A stretch of 32,000 nt of DNA from Crocosphaera subtropica ATCC 51142 (GTDB lineage Bacteria; Cyanobacteriota; Cyanobacteriia; Cyanobacteriales; Microcystaceae), in the NCBI RefSeq assembly GCF_000017845.1, contig NC_010546.1, positions 2,610,001 through 2,642,000 on the forward strand. The letters are read 5' to 3'. The stretch's first letter is position 1. Each line of letters begins with the position of its first letter. This document shows, piece after piece, positions 1 to 8,604 of the stretch. Under the pieces are notes generated by a model. It was not told the origin of the DNA. It worked only from the letters and a program-made list of their open reading frames with translations, and did not search any database. The translations under genes and the position numbers were made by a program.

Positions 1-554
1 TTTATTTAAACTTAGTAAAAGAAACGAGAAGACTAGAAAGATTGATTCATGATATGCAAGAACTTTCTAAAGCAGAAGCGGGTTATCTTTCTATTACTTT
101 ACATCCTATCAATATTATTCCTTTATTAACCTCTTTGGTGGAAAGATTTAGCGATCAAATAATGGATGATGGCCCTATGATTCAATTAGATTATCCCCAA
201 GAATTACCTCCAGTTTTAGCAGATAGCGATCGCACTGAACAAATATTAGTTAATTTAATTGGTAATGCTATTCGTTATACCGAAACGGGAACCATTACCA
301 TTAAAGCTTGGTCAACAAAAAAACAAGTTTGGATTGAAATTATTGACACAGGAATCGGCATTAAACCCGAAGATTTACCATACATATTTGAAAGGTTTTG
401 GCGTGCAGATAAGTCCCGTTCACGGTATTCTGGAGGCACAGGTATCGGCCTCGCAATCACCCGTCGTCTAGTAGAATTACAAGGGGGGAAAATTGAAGTA
501 GAAAGTGAAATAGGAAAAGGAAGTACCTTCCGCTTTTCTCTCTCTATTGCTTAA
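1..554 (+). CDS. Sensor histidine kinase, C-terminal part (5' end lies outside the window)
   Basis: The reading frame is open from position 3 with no upstream stop (..ETRRLERLIHDMQELSKAEAG), so the listed TTG at 42 is not the true start. HATPase_c boxes are present: N box LVNLIGNAIRYT, G1 IDTGIGI, F box FERFWR, G2 GGTGIGLAI. Confidence 0.9.
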   Translation, partial: YLNLVKETRRLERLIHDMQELSKAEAGYLSITLHPINIIPLLTSLVERFSDQIMDDGPMIQLDYPQELPPVLADSDRTEQILVNLIGNAIRYTETGTITIKAWSTKKQVWIEIIDTGIGIKPEDLPYIFERFWRADKSRSRYSGGTGIGLAITRRLVELQGGKIEVESEIGKGSTFRFSLSIA

Positions 555-577
555 TCTTTATTATTAATAACTAAATT

Positions 578-1303
578 ATGAATATCATATGGAAAAGCCC
601 TTCTAAGCACTTAACGATTAACCCGCAAGAAGTTCATATATGGAAAACAAACTTAGAACAATTATCTATTGATTTTCAAAATAGTTTCAACCTTTTAAAT
701 GAAGAGGAAAAAATTAAAGCCCAAAGATTTCACTTTGAGAAACATCAAAAAAGGTTTACCTTAGCGAGAAGTAGTTTAAAAAAAATTTTAAGTTTTTATT
801 TATCAATTTCTCCTCAAGACATTAAGTTTCAATATAGTGATTATGGCAAACCTAAAATAATAGATAAAATCAATTTAATTAATTTACAATTTAATGTATC
901 TCATTCAGAAGATATAGCCATTTATGGGGTAACTTGTGATTATTTCATTGGGGTTGATGTAGAATATATACGTCCGATGCCAGAAGCAGAAAATCTAGCT
1001 AAGCGTTTTTTTTCTCAGAAAGAATATCAACAAATTAGGGGATTATCATCTGAAGAAAAAAATAGAGAATTTTTTAAACTTTGGACGGGTAAAGAAGCTT
1101 ACCTGAAAGCCATCGGAAAAGGTATTGGTGGAGGATTAGAAAAAGTAGAAATATCAACCCATAAACCCATAAAATTTATCAATTTACCTGAGTGCAATAA
1201 CATCAACTATAATCTATTATATTTAACACCCCACGATAATTATTTAGCTGCAATAGCTGTTGAAGAAAATGAACAAACCTATCATTATTGGCAACTTAAC
1301 TGA
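578..1303 (+). CDS. 4'-phosphopantetheinyl transferase, Sfp/HetI type
   Basis: 241 aa. Carries the Sfp-family motifs IGVDVEYI (GxDxE) and WTGKEAYLKAIGKG (WxxKEAxxK), plus FNVSHSEDIAIYGV. Confidence 0.85.
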   Translation: MNIIWKSPSKHLTINPQEVHIWKTNLEQLSIDFQNSFNLLNEEEKIKAQRFHFEKHQKRFTLARSSLKKILSFYLSISPQDIKFQYSDYGKPKIIDKINLINLQFNVSHSEDIAIYGVTCDYFIGVDVEYIRPMPEAENLAKRFFSQKEYQQIRGLSSEEKNREFFKLWTGKEAYLKAIGKGIGGGLEKVEISTHKPIKFINLPECNNINYNLLYLTPHDNYLAAIAVEENEQTYHYWQLN

Positions 1304-1366
1304 ATAGCTTCACTTTTTGACCCCAACCTTGTAGAATCAGAAATAACTTCTCATCCCAGAAAAATA

Positions 1367-2248
1367 ATGACAAAAATCTTGTTAACTGGTAGTGATGGAC
1401 AAGTCGGTCAAGACTTACAGCAAACCTTAGTACCCATTGGAGAAGTTGTTGCTACCAACCGTCAGCAACTTGACTTAACATCTCCTAATAATATTCGTCA
1501 AGTTATCCAAGAAATTCAACCTGATATTATTGTTAATTCCGCCGCTTATACCGCCGTAGACAAAGCAGAAAGTGAATCAGATTTAGCTTTTGCCATTAAC
1601 GCTATTGCGCCAGCAATTATGGCAGAAGAAGCGAAGAAAATAGGTGCATTTTTATTGCACATTTCTACAGATTATGTCTTTGATGGAACCCAAAATACTC
1701 CTTATTTAGAAACAGATAAAACTCATCCTTTAGGGGTTTATGGACAAAGCAAACTCGCAGGAGAACAAGGGATTGAAAAAAACGGCGATCGCTATGTTAT
1801 TTTAAGAACAGCTTGGGTGTATGGCACTGAAGGTAAAGGAAATTTTGTCAAAACGATGTTACGTTTAGGTCAAGAAAAAGAGCAACTTGGAATTGTCAGT
1901 GATCAAGTTGGTACTCCTACCTGGTCTTATGATATTGCTAACACCATATCCCAAATGCTGACTCAGCTTAATTTAGCAGAAACAAGAGAAATTTACCATT
2001 TTACTAATAGCGGTGTGGCAAGCTGGTATGATTTAGCTGTAGCTGTGTTTGAAGAGGCTAAAAACATTGGCTTTCCCCTGAATATTAAGCAGATTAATCC
2101 CATTACAACCCAAGAATATCCCACACCAGCCAAACGCCCTCATTATTCAGTCTTATCTGGGAAAAAAACGGCTAAACTATTAGGATATAATGCCCCGTAT
2201 TGGCGTGATTCCCTTAAAAAAATGTTAATCAAATTCTATAAAAATTAA
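1367..2248 (+). CDS. rmlD: dTDP-4-dehydrorhamnose reductase
   Basis: 293 aa. N-terminal Rossmann motif LLTGSDGQVG, STDYVFDG, catalytic YGQSKLAGE (YxxxK) and PAKRPHYSVL, all typical of RmlD/RfbD. Confidence 0.9.
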   Translation: MTKILLTGSDGQVGQDLQQTLVPIGEVVATNRQQLDLTSPNNIRQVIQEIQPDIIVNSAAYTAVDKAESESDLAFAINAIAPAIMAEEAKKIGAFLLHISTDYVFDGTQNTPYLETDKTHPLGVYGQSKLAGEQGIEKNGDRYVILRTAWVYGTEGKGNFVKTMLRLGQEKEQLGIVSDQVGTPTWSYDIANTISQMLTQLNLAETREIYHFTNSGVASWYDLAVAVFEEAKNIGFPLNIKQINPITTQEYPTPAKRPHYSVLSGKKTAKLLGYNAPYWRDSLKKMLIKFYKN

Positions 2249-2257
2249 CCTAAAATT

Positions 2258-3331
2258 ATGAAAGCATTAATTCTTTCCGGTGGAAAAGGAACCAGATTAA
2301 GACCCCTTACCTATACAGGGGCAAAGCAATTAGTGCCTGTTGCCAATAAACCTATTTTATGGTACGGAATTGAGTCAATTGTCAAAGCAGGAATTACCGA
2401 GATTGGTATTATTATTAGTCCAGAAACAGGGGAAGAAATACGCAGAAAAACTGATAACGGTGAACAGTTAGGAGCTAACATTACCTATATTGTACAAGAC
2501 GAACCTTTAGGATTAGCCCATGCGGTCAAAGTTGCCCAATCCTTTTTAGGAGATGACCCCTTTATTATGTATTTAGGGGATAACTTAATTCAAGATGATC
2601 TTAATCTCTTTTTAGATAAGTTTAAAAATAAACATTTAGATGGATTGATTTTATTACGTTCTGTCCCTAATCCTACCGCATTTGGTGTGGCTGAAGTCGA
2701 TAACCAGGGACGAGTATTAAAGTTAGTTGAAAAGCCCAAAAATCCCCCATCAAATTTAGCCTTAGTTGGGGTTTATTTCTTCTCTCCTGGCATTCATGAA
2801 GCCATTGCCAATATTCAACCGTCAGCCAGAGGAGAATTAGAAATTACTGATGCTATTCAAGAACTTATTGATAGTGAGAAAATTGTTGAGTCATTACAGT
2901 TAAATGGCTGGTGGTTAGACACAGGAAAAAAAGATGATTTACTCGAAGCAAACCGCATTATTTTAGATACCAATTTAACCATTAATAAATTAGGAAATAT
3001 TGATGAAAATAGTAAGATCAGTGGCAGAGTCAATATCAAAGAAGGCTCCAAAATTATTAACAGTACCATTCGAGGTCCGGTGATTATTGGAGAAAATTGT
3101 CATATTGAAAATTGTTTTATTGGTCCTTATACCAGTATTGGTGATCAATGTACGTTAATTGATGCCGATATCGAACATAGTGTTCTATTAGAAGGCGCAC
3201 AAGTATTAGAAATTCATCAAAGAATTGTTGATAGTTTAATTGGACAACGAGCTAAATTAGAAATGGCTCCTCAACGACCAAAAGCATTAAGATTTATGGT
3301 AGGGGATGATTCTCATATTGAGTTAGTTTAA
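2258..3331 (+). CDS. rmlA: Glucose-1-phosphate thymidylyltransferase, long form (nucleotidyltransferase domain plus C-terminal left-handed beta-helix)
   Basis: 357 aa. N-terminus MKALILSGGKGTRLRPLTYTGAKQLVPVANKP (G-G-x-G-T-R-L signature). The C-terminus has hexapeptide-like repeats (ISGRVNIKEGSKIINSTIRGPVIIGENCHIENCFIGPYTSIGDQC). It starts 9 nt after rmlD. Confidence 0.8.
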   Translation: MKALILSGGKGTRLRPLTYTGAKQLVPVANKPILWYGIESIVKAGITEIGIIISPETGEEIRRKTDNGEQLGANITYIVQDEPLGLAHAVKVAQSFLGDDPFIMYLGDNLIQDDLNLFLDKFKNKHLDGLILLRSVPNPTAFGVAEVDNQGRVLKLVEKPKNPPSNLALVGVYFFSPGIHEAIANIQPSARGELEITDAIQELIDSEKIVESLQLNGWWLDTGKKDDLLEANRIILDTNLTINKLGNIDENSKISGRVNIKEGSKIINSTIRGPVIIGENCHIENCFIGPYTSIGDQCTLIDADIEHSVLLEGAQVLEIHQRIVDSLIGQRAKLEMAPQRPKALRFMVGDDSHIELV

Positions 3332-3344
3332 ACTTAGTTTTTGT

Positions 3345-3370
3345 GTTGGGTTTCTTGTTGTTAACCCAAC
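3345..3370 (+). terminator. Hairpin downstream of rmlA, a possible terminator; also the left edge of the AT-rich island
   Basis: An 8-bp perfect stem (gttgggtt 3345-3352 / aacccaac 3363-3370) with a 10-nt loop, 14 nt after the rmlA stop. The T tract after it is weak (ttataatc). Confidence 0.35.
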
Positions 3371-3476
3371 TTATAATCTAAAATCCTTGGGAGTAAATTA
3401 ATAAGAGAGAGTTAGTTATTTAAAAAATAAGGGAATACTGAAGCTGTAATAACTTTGTTAGGGTTAAGAGTTTGTT

Positions 3477-4640
3477 ATGGCTAATGTAAAAACTGTCCTT
3501 AGAGAATTGAGTATCGCGTATTATCTTTATTGTCTAATCAATCATACTGTTCAGAACGACTTGAACCCCCAAAATTTTGCTGAAGTTTGTCAAAAAATAT
3601 TAACGAACTCACAAGACGCTACTGTAACTAAAGAAATAAATAAAGTCAAGGATTTAGATAATTTTAAAGAATATCGAGATATTCTCATAAATGCTGAAAA
3701 ACTAGCTAAAATTATTGTTAGTAATCGAGCATTTAACTTAAATAAAATCTCAACTATAAACTGGGTAGGAAGTAAAACAAAGAAAGATAATAATACGGAT
3801 TTAATGATTAATTCTTATGAATTTTCTTTAAAAGAGGATAGCTATATTTTGCGAAACATGGGACTTTATTATTTAATTAATTGTTTAACTGGAGAAAATC
3901 GTAAACAAGGACTACATATTTTTAGAGAATATGCTTTGCAAGAATTTAATCAATGGTTTGTATATACTTACGAAGGACTGATCAAATATTTACAAAATAA
4001 TGATAATGAATGGACATATAAAAGTAATAATTATGAATCTAGTATGATATTAAAAGGTAAAGAACTGACATTATGTTATAAAAAAAAGAATCAGTCAATT
4101 ATTAAAATAAGTTTGCCTTTAGAGTTGCAATCTGAAGAAGACTTTAATAGTCGCATGAATAGTAAACTTATAGAATATAGTTTCTCTAAATGGATCAATC
4201 AACATTTTTCTACAGATAGTCAGTATCTTTATTTAAAAAAATATTGCTCCGAACAAGCAGGTAAAAATTTAATAAAGTTTTTAAAGAAAAATTTATCTTA
4301 TAATAATCCTAAATTTAAAAGATTACTTCAAATCTACCCCAATACCTACTATTATGCTAAATCAACAGAGCAAGGACAATATATATATAAAGTTCCTTCA
4401 GAAGAAGAATTTACTGACACCATTCAGGTGTCACAAATCACTTATCAAGTTACTAAATCACAGTTAAATATTTTAACAACTCTTCTAAACACAACAACTC
4501 AAAAAAAATTGATATTAAGAAATGAACTTAGGTATAGTCATGGACAGTTCAAGGGAACTCCTGAGGCCAAACTATATCTTGCAAGTGATGAAAAAAGTTT
4601 AGAATCGATTTATCTTCCTATCTATCCATCTAATTCTTAA
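3477..4640 (+). CDS. Hypothetical protein; putative type II restriction endonuclease partner of the adjacent m5C methyltransferase
   Basis: A 387-aa uninterrupted ORF in a very AT-rich stretch. It is convergent with the C5-methyltransferase gene across a 12-nt gap. I cannot assign a family by eye. A possible PD-(D/E)xK-like segment is NNTDLMINSYEFSLKED. The function is inferred from gene context only. Confidence 0.5.
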   Translation: MANVKTVLRELSIAYYLYCLINHTVQNDLNPQNFAEVCQKILTNSQDATVTKEINKVKDLDNFKEYRDILINAEKLAKIIVSNRAFNLNKISTINWVGSKTKKDNNTDLMINSYEFSLKEDSYILRNMGLYYLINCLTGENRKQGLHIFREYALQEFNQWFVYTYEGLIKYLQNNDNEWTYKSNNYESSMILKGKELTLCYKKKNQSIIKISLPLELQSEEDFNSRMNSKLIEYSFSKWINQHFSTDSQYLYLKKYCSEQAGKNLIKFLKKNLSYNNPKFKRLLQIYPNTYYYAKSTEQGQYIYKVPSEEEFTDTIQVSQITYQVTKSQLNILTTLLNTTTQKKLILRNELRYSHGQFKGTPEAKLYLASDEKSLESIYLPIYPSNS

Positions 4641-4652
4641 TATTTTAATTCT

Positions 4653-5945
4653 TTAATAATTATCGACAAATATATAATCCCATAAATCTTCTAACCTTTT
4701 AGCAAGATGATAAGCTAATAAAGGAGGGACAGCATTACCAATGAGTTTATATCCTTGACTTGCTGAGAGGGGATAATCTGATTTTTTGTCTCTAACAAAT
4801 TCAAAATTATCAGGAAATGTTTGAAGTCTAGCACATTCTCTTACGGTTAATCTTCTCATCATTTTTCCTTGATGTAATTCATCTAAATAGTTTCCCCCTA
4901 ATTCTGCTGATAGTCTACGATATTCTATATTACCATGATGTTCTGCTCTAATTGTTGGACTTAATCCCTCTAAATTAATTTCAATTTGTCCTTGTCCTTT
5001 CTTTAAAAATTTTGCCTTAGAATACTTCATTTGTGATAAATCTTTTTTCTCTTTTTCAGGTTCATTGAGATTTTCTAAAACGCTTTTTGTTGTAGCATAA
5101 GGCTTGAGACTTTGATTAAATAAGTTTTGTTTATCTTCCAAACTACAATGAGTTACAGGGGGAAAAGGAAAATATTTAACGGACTTGAATTCTCTATTTA
5201 AAGTTTCCTTAAATGATAATTCATCTTGGTATTCATCTTGAAAAATTCGGAATACTTGCGAGTTTAAAGCCTCTTTTTTTAAACCGATTAAAAATAATCT
5301 TTCTCGTTTTTGAGGGATGCCAAAGTTGGGAGCGTATAATACTTTAGGAATAACAAAATAACCTCGATTAGAACATTGTTTAAAATCTTGAAAAATTTTG
5401 TCTGAAATGGAGAGATAGGTGAGTCCTTTTACATTTTCAACAACAAAAATTTTAGGGGATAGTTTGTCAATTAACCTAATCATCCACTGGTATAAAACCC
5501 CTCGGTTTTCTTTAAAATGATCCTCATCTTCTTTTAAATACTTTCCAGTGTGACTTTTATGAGAAAGACAGCCTTTTCTTTTCCCTGAAACACTAAAATC
5601 TTGACAAGGAAAACCTCCTGTAATAATGTCAATATTGTTAGGAAAATCAAAGTTCCCCGTTTCAGATAATTTAATTAAATCCACTAAACTATTTAAGTGA
5701 AAAATTTTACCCAAAATTTTTTTACCGAAATAAGACATCCACGCATTATAAGCATACTTTTCAATATCATTAGCAAAAACAATATCAAAATTAGTCTTGT
5801 TTAAAAGTACCCATCTTTCTTTTTTTTTCACAATCCAATTAGGATGAATGGTTTCATTAATACAATCTTCATGAATCCAAAAATTGCCCTCAAATCCGAG
5901 ATCCATTCCTCCACAACCTGAAAAAAGAGAAAGAAGACGTTTCAT
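4653..5945 (-). CDS. DNA (cytosine-5)-methyltransferase
   Basis: 430 aa with the canonical m5C MTase motifs: I LSLFSGCGGMDLGF, II NDIEK, IV GGFPCQDFSVSGKR, VI VVENVKGL, VIII QKRERLFLIGL, IX RRLTVRECARLQTFPD, X GNAVPPLLA. There is a long variable region between motifs VIII and IX (the target-recognition domain) and an unusual roughly 20-aa insertion between motifs IV and VI. Confidence 0.95.
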   Translation of the reverse strand: MKRLLSLFSGCGGMDLGFEGNFWIHEDCINETIHPNWIVKKKERWVLLNKTNFDIVFANDIEKYAYNAWMSYFGKKILGKIFHLNSLVDLIKLSETGNFDFPNNIDIITGGFPCQDFSVSGKRKGCLSHKSHTGKYLKEDEDHFKENRGVLYQWMIRLIDKLSPKIFVVENVKGLTYLSISDKIFQDFKQCSNRGYFVIPKVLYAPNFGIPQKRERLFLIGLKKEALNSQVFRIFQDEYQDELSFKETLNREFKSVKYFPFPPVTHCSLEDKQNLFNQSLKPYATTKSVLENLNEPEKEKKDLSQMKYSKAKFLKKGQGQIEINLEGLSPTIRAEHHGNIEYRRLSAELGGNYLDELHQGKMMRRLTVRECARLQTFPDNFEFVRDKKSDYPLSASQGYKLIGNAVPPLLAYHLAKRLEDLWDYIFVDNY

Positions 5946-6000
5946 AACTATTTAACTTAAATAAATGAGTATAAATCAATTATAAAGGTTTTTCTATAGT

Positions 6001-6033
6001 TTATCAAAACTGATTATCAAAGCCTTTGATAAT
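6001..6033. promoter_or_regulatory. TTATCAAA repeats with a perfect 10-bp-arm palindrome, upstream of the methyltransferase gene; candidate operator
   Basis: ttatcaaa lies at 6001-6008. The palindrome is attatcaaag (6013-6022), c, ctttgataat (6024-6033). It sits 68-88 bp upstream of the MTase ATG at 5945 on the minus strand. This is sequence symmetry only; no binding protein is identified. Confidence 0.3.
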
Positions 6034-6320
6034 AGCACGAATTTGTTTAACTTTAATATCTGTCTGATCGGATTTAAAATAATACTCATATCAGAAAAAA
6101 TAGAAAACATAAAAATTCCAATCATCAATCTTAGTTAAAAAAAAAGCGATCGCATTAGAGGGGAGGGTGGGCAAAGTTTTCTACAAAGCGACAGCAACCA
6201 CTTCTAACGTCAAATTCACGGTAAGATAGTAAGTTGGGTTATTCAGTATTAGTGAGGAGTCAACGACCTGGATACCATCAACCACAGATATCTAAATTTA
6301 GCTTAATTGAAGACACTATT

Positions 6321-8432
6321 ATGACTGATCCGATTCGTATTTTAATGTGCGCCCCAGACCACTATGATGTCGATTATGTGATTAATCCTTGGATGGAAGG
6401 AAATATACATAAATCAACCCGTGATCGCTCGGTAGAACAATGGAACCAACTCTATCACGCTATCAAAGAACGGGCGATCGTTGAATTAGTCGAACCCCAA
6501 AAAGGGTGGCCCGACATGGTATTTACCGCCAACGCTGGGCTAGTGTTAGGAGATAATGCGATCGTCAGTCGTTTTTATCATAAAGAAAGACAAGGAGAAG
6601 AACCCTATTTTAAAGAATGGTTTGCAGCCAATGGGTTCAACGTTTATGAACTGCCTAAAGACTTACCCTTTGAAGGGGCTGGCGACGCTTTATTTGATAG
6701 AGAAGGCCGCTGGTTATGGGCTGGATACGGCTTTAGATCAGAGTTAGACTCCCATCCTTATATTGCCCAATGGTTAGACACAGAAGTATTATCCCTGCGC
6801 CTCATTGATGAACGTTTCTATCATCTCGATACTTGTTTTTGTCCCCTGACTGGCGGTTATTTACTCTACTATCCTCCTGCCTTTGATGCTTATTCTAACC
6901 GCTTAATCGAACTGCGTATCCCTCAAGACAAGCGTATTGTCGTCGAAGAACCCGATGCCGTAAAATTCGCTTGTAATGCAGTTAATATTAACCACACCAT
7001 CATCATGAACCAAATAAGCGACAGCTTAAAACAACGGTTAAATGAGGTGGGTTTTGAAGTGGTACAAACTCCCTTATCCGAGTTCCTCAAAGCCGGTGGG
7101 GCTGCCAAATGTTTAACCCTACGAGTTAACGAACCCGTCTTAGAAGAGGTTCACGCTAGTACCCCCGTTGAAAGTCGCACCATTCAATTAACTGGCCATC
7201 TCCTTGATGCCGGTATCATGAATAAAGCCCTAGATATGATTGTGGAAAATGGGGGCAGTTTCAAGGTACTTAACTTTGAGTTAGGCTTAGAAAGACAAAG
7301 CACATCGGCCGCAGAAGTTCGCGTCTCTGCACCAGATCATGATGTCATGGAAGAAATTATGACACAACTTATTGATCTGGGTGCTGTGGCCCCACCTCAA
7401 GAAGTCTGTGACATCAACACTGAAACCGTGACTAAAGCAGGGGTAGCCCCGGATGATTTTTATGTCAGTACCATTTATCCCACGGAAGTTAGAGTTAACT
7501 GCGAATGGGTAAAAGTACAAAATCAGCGTATGGATGCTGCTATTGTGGTTGATCCTCAGAAAATGACCGCAGAATGTAAATTATTACGGGATCTCGCTGT
7601 GGGCGATCGTGTGATGGTCGGCTTTGATGGCATTCGTACCGTCAGACAAGTCGAAGATCGCGATCAACGCAACGGTAAAAAAGAATTTACCTTTATGGGT
7701 TCTGGGGTTTCCAGTGAACGTCGGGTAGAATTATTAGTAGAACAAATCGCCTGGGAAATGCGCCAAGTACGGGATCAAGGGGGTAAAGTCGTTGTTACAG
7801 CCGGTCCTGTGGTCATTCATACTGGTGGGGCGCAACACCTGGCAAAATTAATCCGAGAGGGTTATGTTCACGCTTTATTAGGGGGTAATGCCATCGCCGT
7901 TCATGATATTGAACAAGCCATGATGGGAACCTCTTTAGGGGTGGATATGCAACGAGGTATCCCTGTTAGTGGCGGCCACCGTCATCACCTCAAAGTGATT
8001 AACACCGTACGCCGTTATGGTAGTATTGCCCAAGCTGTAGAACAAGGGGCGATCAGCAAAGGAGTGATGTATGAATGCGTTAAGCATAATGTTCCCTTCG
8101 TCCTAGCTGGTTCTATCCGTGATGATGGTCCTTTACCCGACACAGAAATGGACTTAATTAAAGCCCAAAGTCGCTATGCTGAGTTAATTCAAGGCACAGA
8201 CATGATTTTGATGTTATCTACCATGTTACATAGTATTGGTGTGGGTAATATGACCCCTGCCGGTGTGAAAATGGTCTGCGTAGATATTAACCCTGCTGTC
8301 GTCACCAAATTAAGCGATCGGGGTTCTGTTGAGTCCGTGGGTATTGTGACGGATGTGGGTTTATTCCTCAGTTTATTGGTGCAACAGTTGGATAAGTTAA
8401 CCCATCCTTATCCTTTGGTGGGAACTGTTTAG
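6321..8432 (+). CDS. argZ: Bifunctional arginine dihydrolase / ornithine cyclodeaminase-like protein (ArgZ/AgrE family)
   Basis: The N-terminal roughly 290 aa are a guanidino-group-modifying (amidinotransferase-fold) domain (ILMCAPDHYDVDYVINPWM, FYHLDTCFCPL, GGAAKCLTL with the C-terminal nucleophile Cys). The C-terminal roughly 400 aa are a LOR/SDH-like domain. I prefer the ATG at 6321 (MTDPIRILMC..) over the TTG at 6234 used by the ORF track, giving 703 aa. This architecture matches Synechocystis Sll1336 (ArgZ) and Anabaena Alr4995 (AgrE). Confidence 0.85.
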   Translation: MTDPIRILMCAPDHYDVDYVINPWMEGNIHKSTRDRSVEQWNQLYHAIKERAIVELVEPQKGWPDMVFTANAGLVLGDNAIVSRFYHKERQGEEPYFKEWFAANGFNVYELPKDLPFEGAGDALFDREGRWLWAGYGFRSELDSHPYIAQWLDTEVLSLRLIDERFYHLDTCFCPLTGGYLLYYPPAFDAYSNRLIELRIPQDKRIVVEEPDAVKFACNAVNINHTIIMNQISDSLKQRLNEVGFEVVQTPLSEFLKAGGAAKCLTLRVNEPVLEEVHASTPVESRTIQLTGHLLDAGIMNKALDMIVENGGSFKVLNFELGLERQSTSAAEVRVSAPDHDVMEEIMTQLIDLGAVAPPQEVCDINTETVTKAGVAPDDFYVSTIYPTEVRVNCEWVKVQNQRMDAAIVVDPQKMTAECKLLRDLAVGDRVMVGFDGIRTVRQVEDRDQRNGKKEFTFMGSGVSSERRVELLVEQIAWEMRQVRDQGGKVVVTAGPVVIHTGGAQHLAKLIREGYVHALLGGNAIAVHDIEQAMMGTSLGVDMQRGIPVSGGHRHHLKVINTVRRYGSIAQAVEQGAISKGVMYECVKHNVPFVLAGSIRDDGPLPDTEMDLIKAQSRYAELIQGTDMILMLSTMLHSIGVGNMTPAGVKMVCVDINPAVVTKLSDRGSVESVGIVTDVGLFLSLLVQQLDKLTHPYPLVGTV

Positions 8433-8442
8433 ATGTTTGTCG

Positions 8443-8508
8443 GGGTTTAATAGTATTAAACCCTGCACACTGGTTACTGTAGGGGCATAAGAGTATTAAA
8501 CCCTACAG
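8443..8508 (+). terminator. Two tandem hairpins after argZ, a possible terminator or RNA-stability element
   Basis: Hairpin 1 is gggtttaata (8443-8452), g, tattaaaccc (8454-8463). Hairpin 2 is ctgtaggg (8477-8484) / ccctacag (8501-8508) with a 16-nt loop. Both contain the 13-nt direct repeat agtattaaaccct (8452-8464 and 8492-8504). There is no clear U tract. Confidence 0.35.
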
Positions 8509-8604
8509 TCATACAAACAGTGAGAGATAAAAATTGCATGAATAAACCTAATTTTCAAACCATGAGTTAAGCTAATTTATAAAATCATCAATCACTAATT
8601 AATT

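Noticed and set aside
259-471. ORFs 259-471 (+) and 275-460 (-) inside the histidine kinase gene
   Set aside because: They are fully nested in, or antisense to, a CDS with clear HATPase_c motifs. Their translations have no protein-like features.
2857-3069. Antisense ORF inside rmlA
   Set aside because: It is nested antisense to a well-supported CDS, and its translation is low-complexity and rich in L, I and S, as expected for AT-rich antisense sequence.
6234-6320. The TTG start at 6234 for the ArgZ-like gene, and the nested ORFs 6556-6747, 6923-7108 and 7287-7520
   Set aside because: The first 29 residues (MGYSVLVRSQRPGYHQPQISKFSLIEDTI) do not resemble the family N-terminus, which begins at MTDPIRILMCAPDHYDV. 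The nested ORFs are out-of-frame or antisense shadows of a strongly supported CDS.
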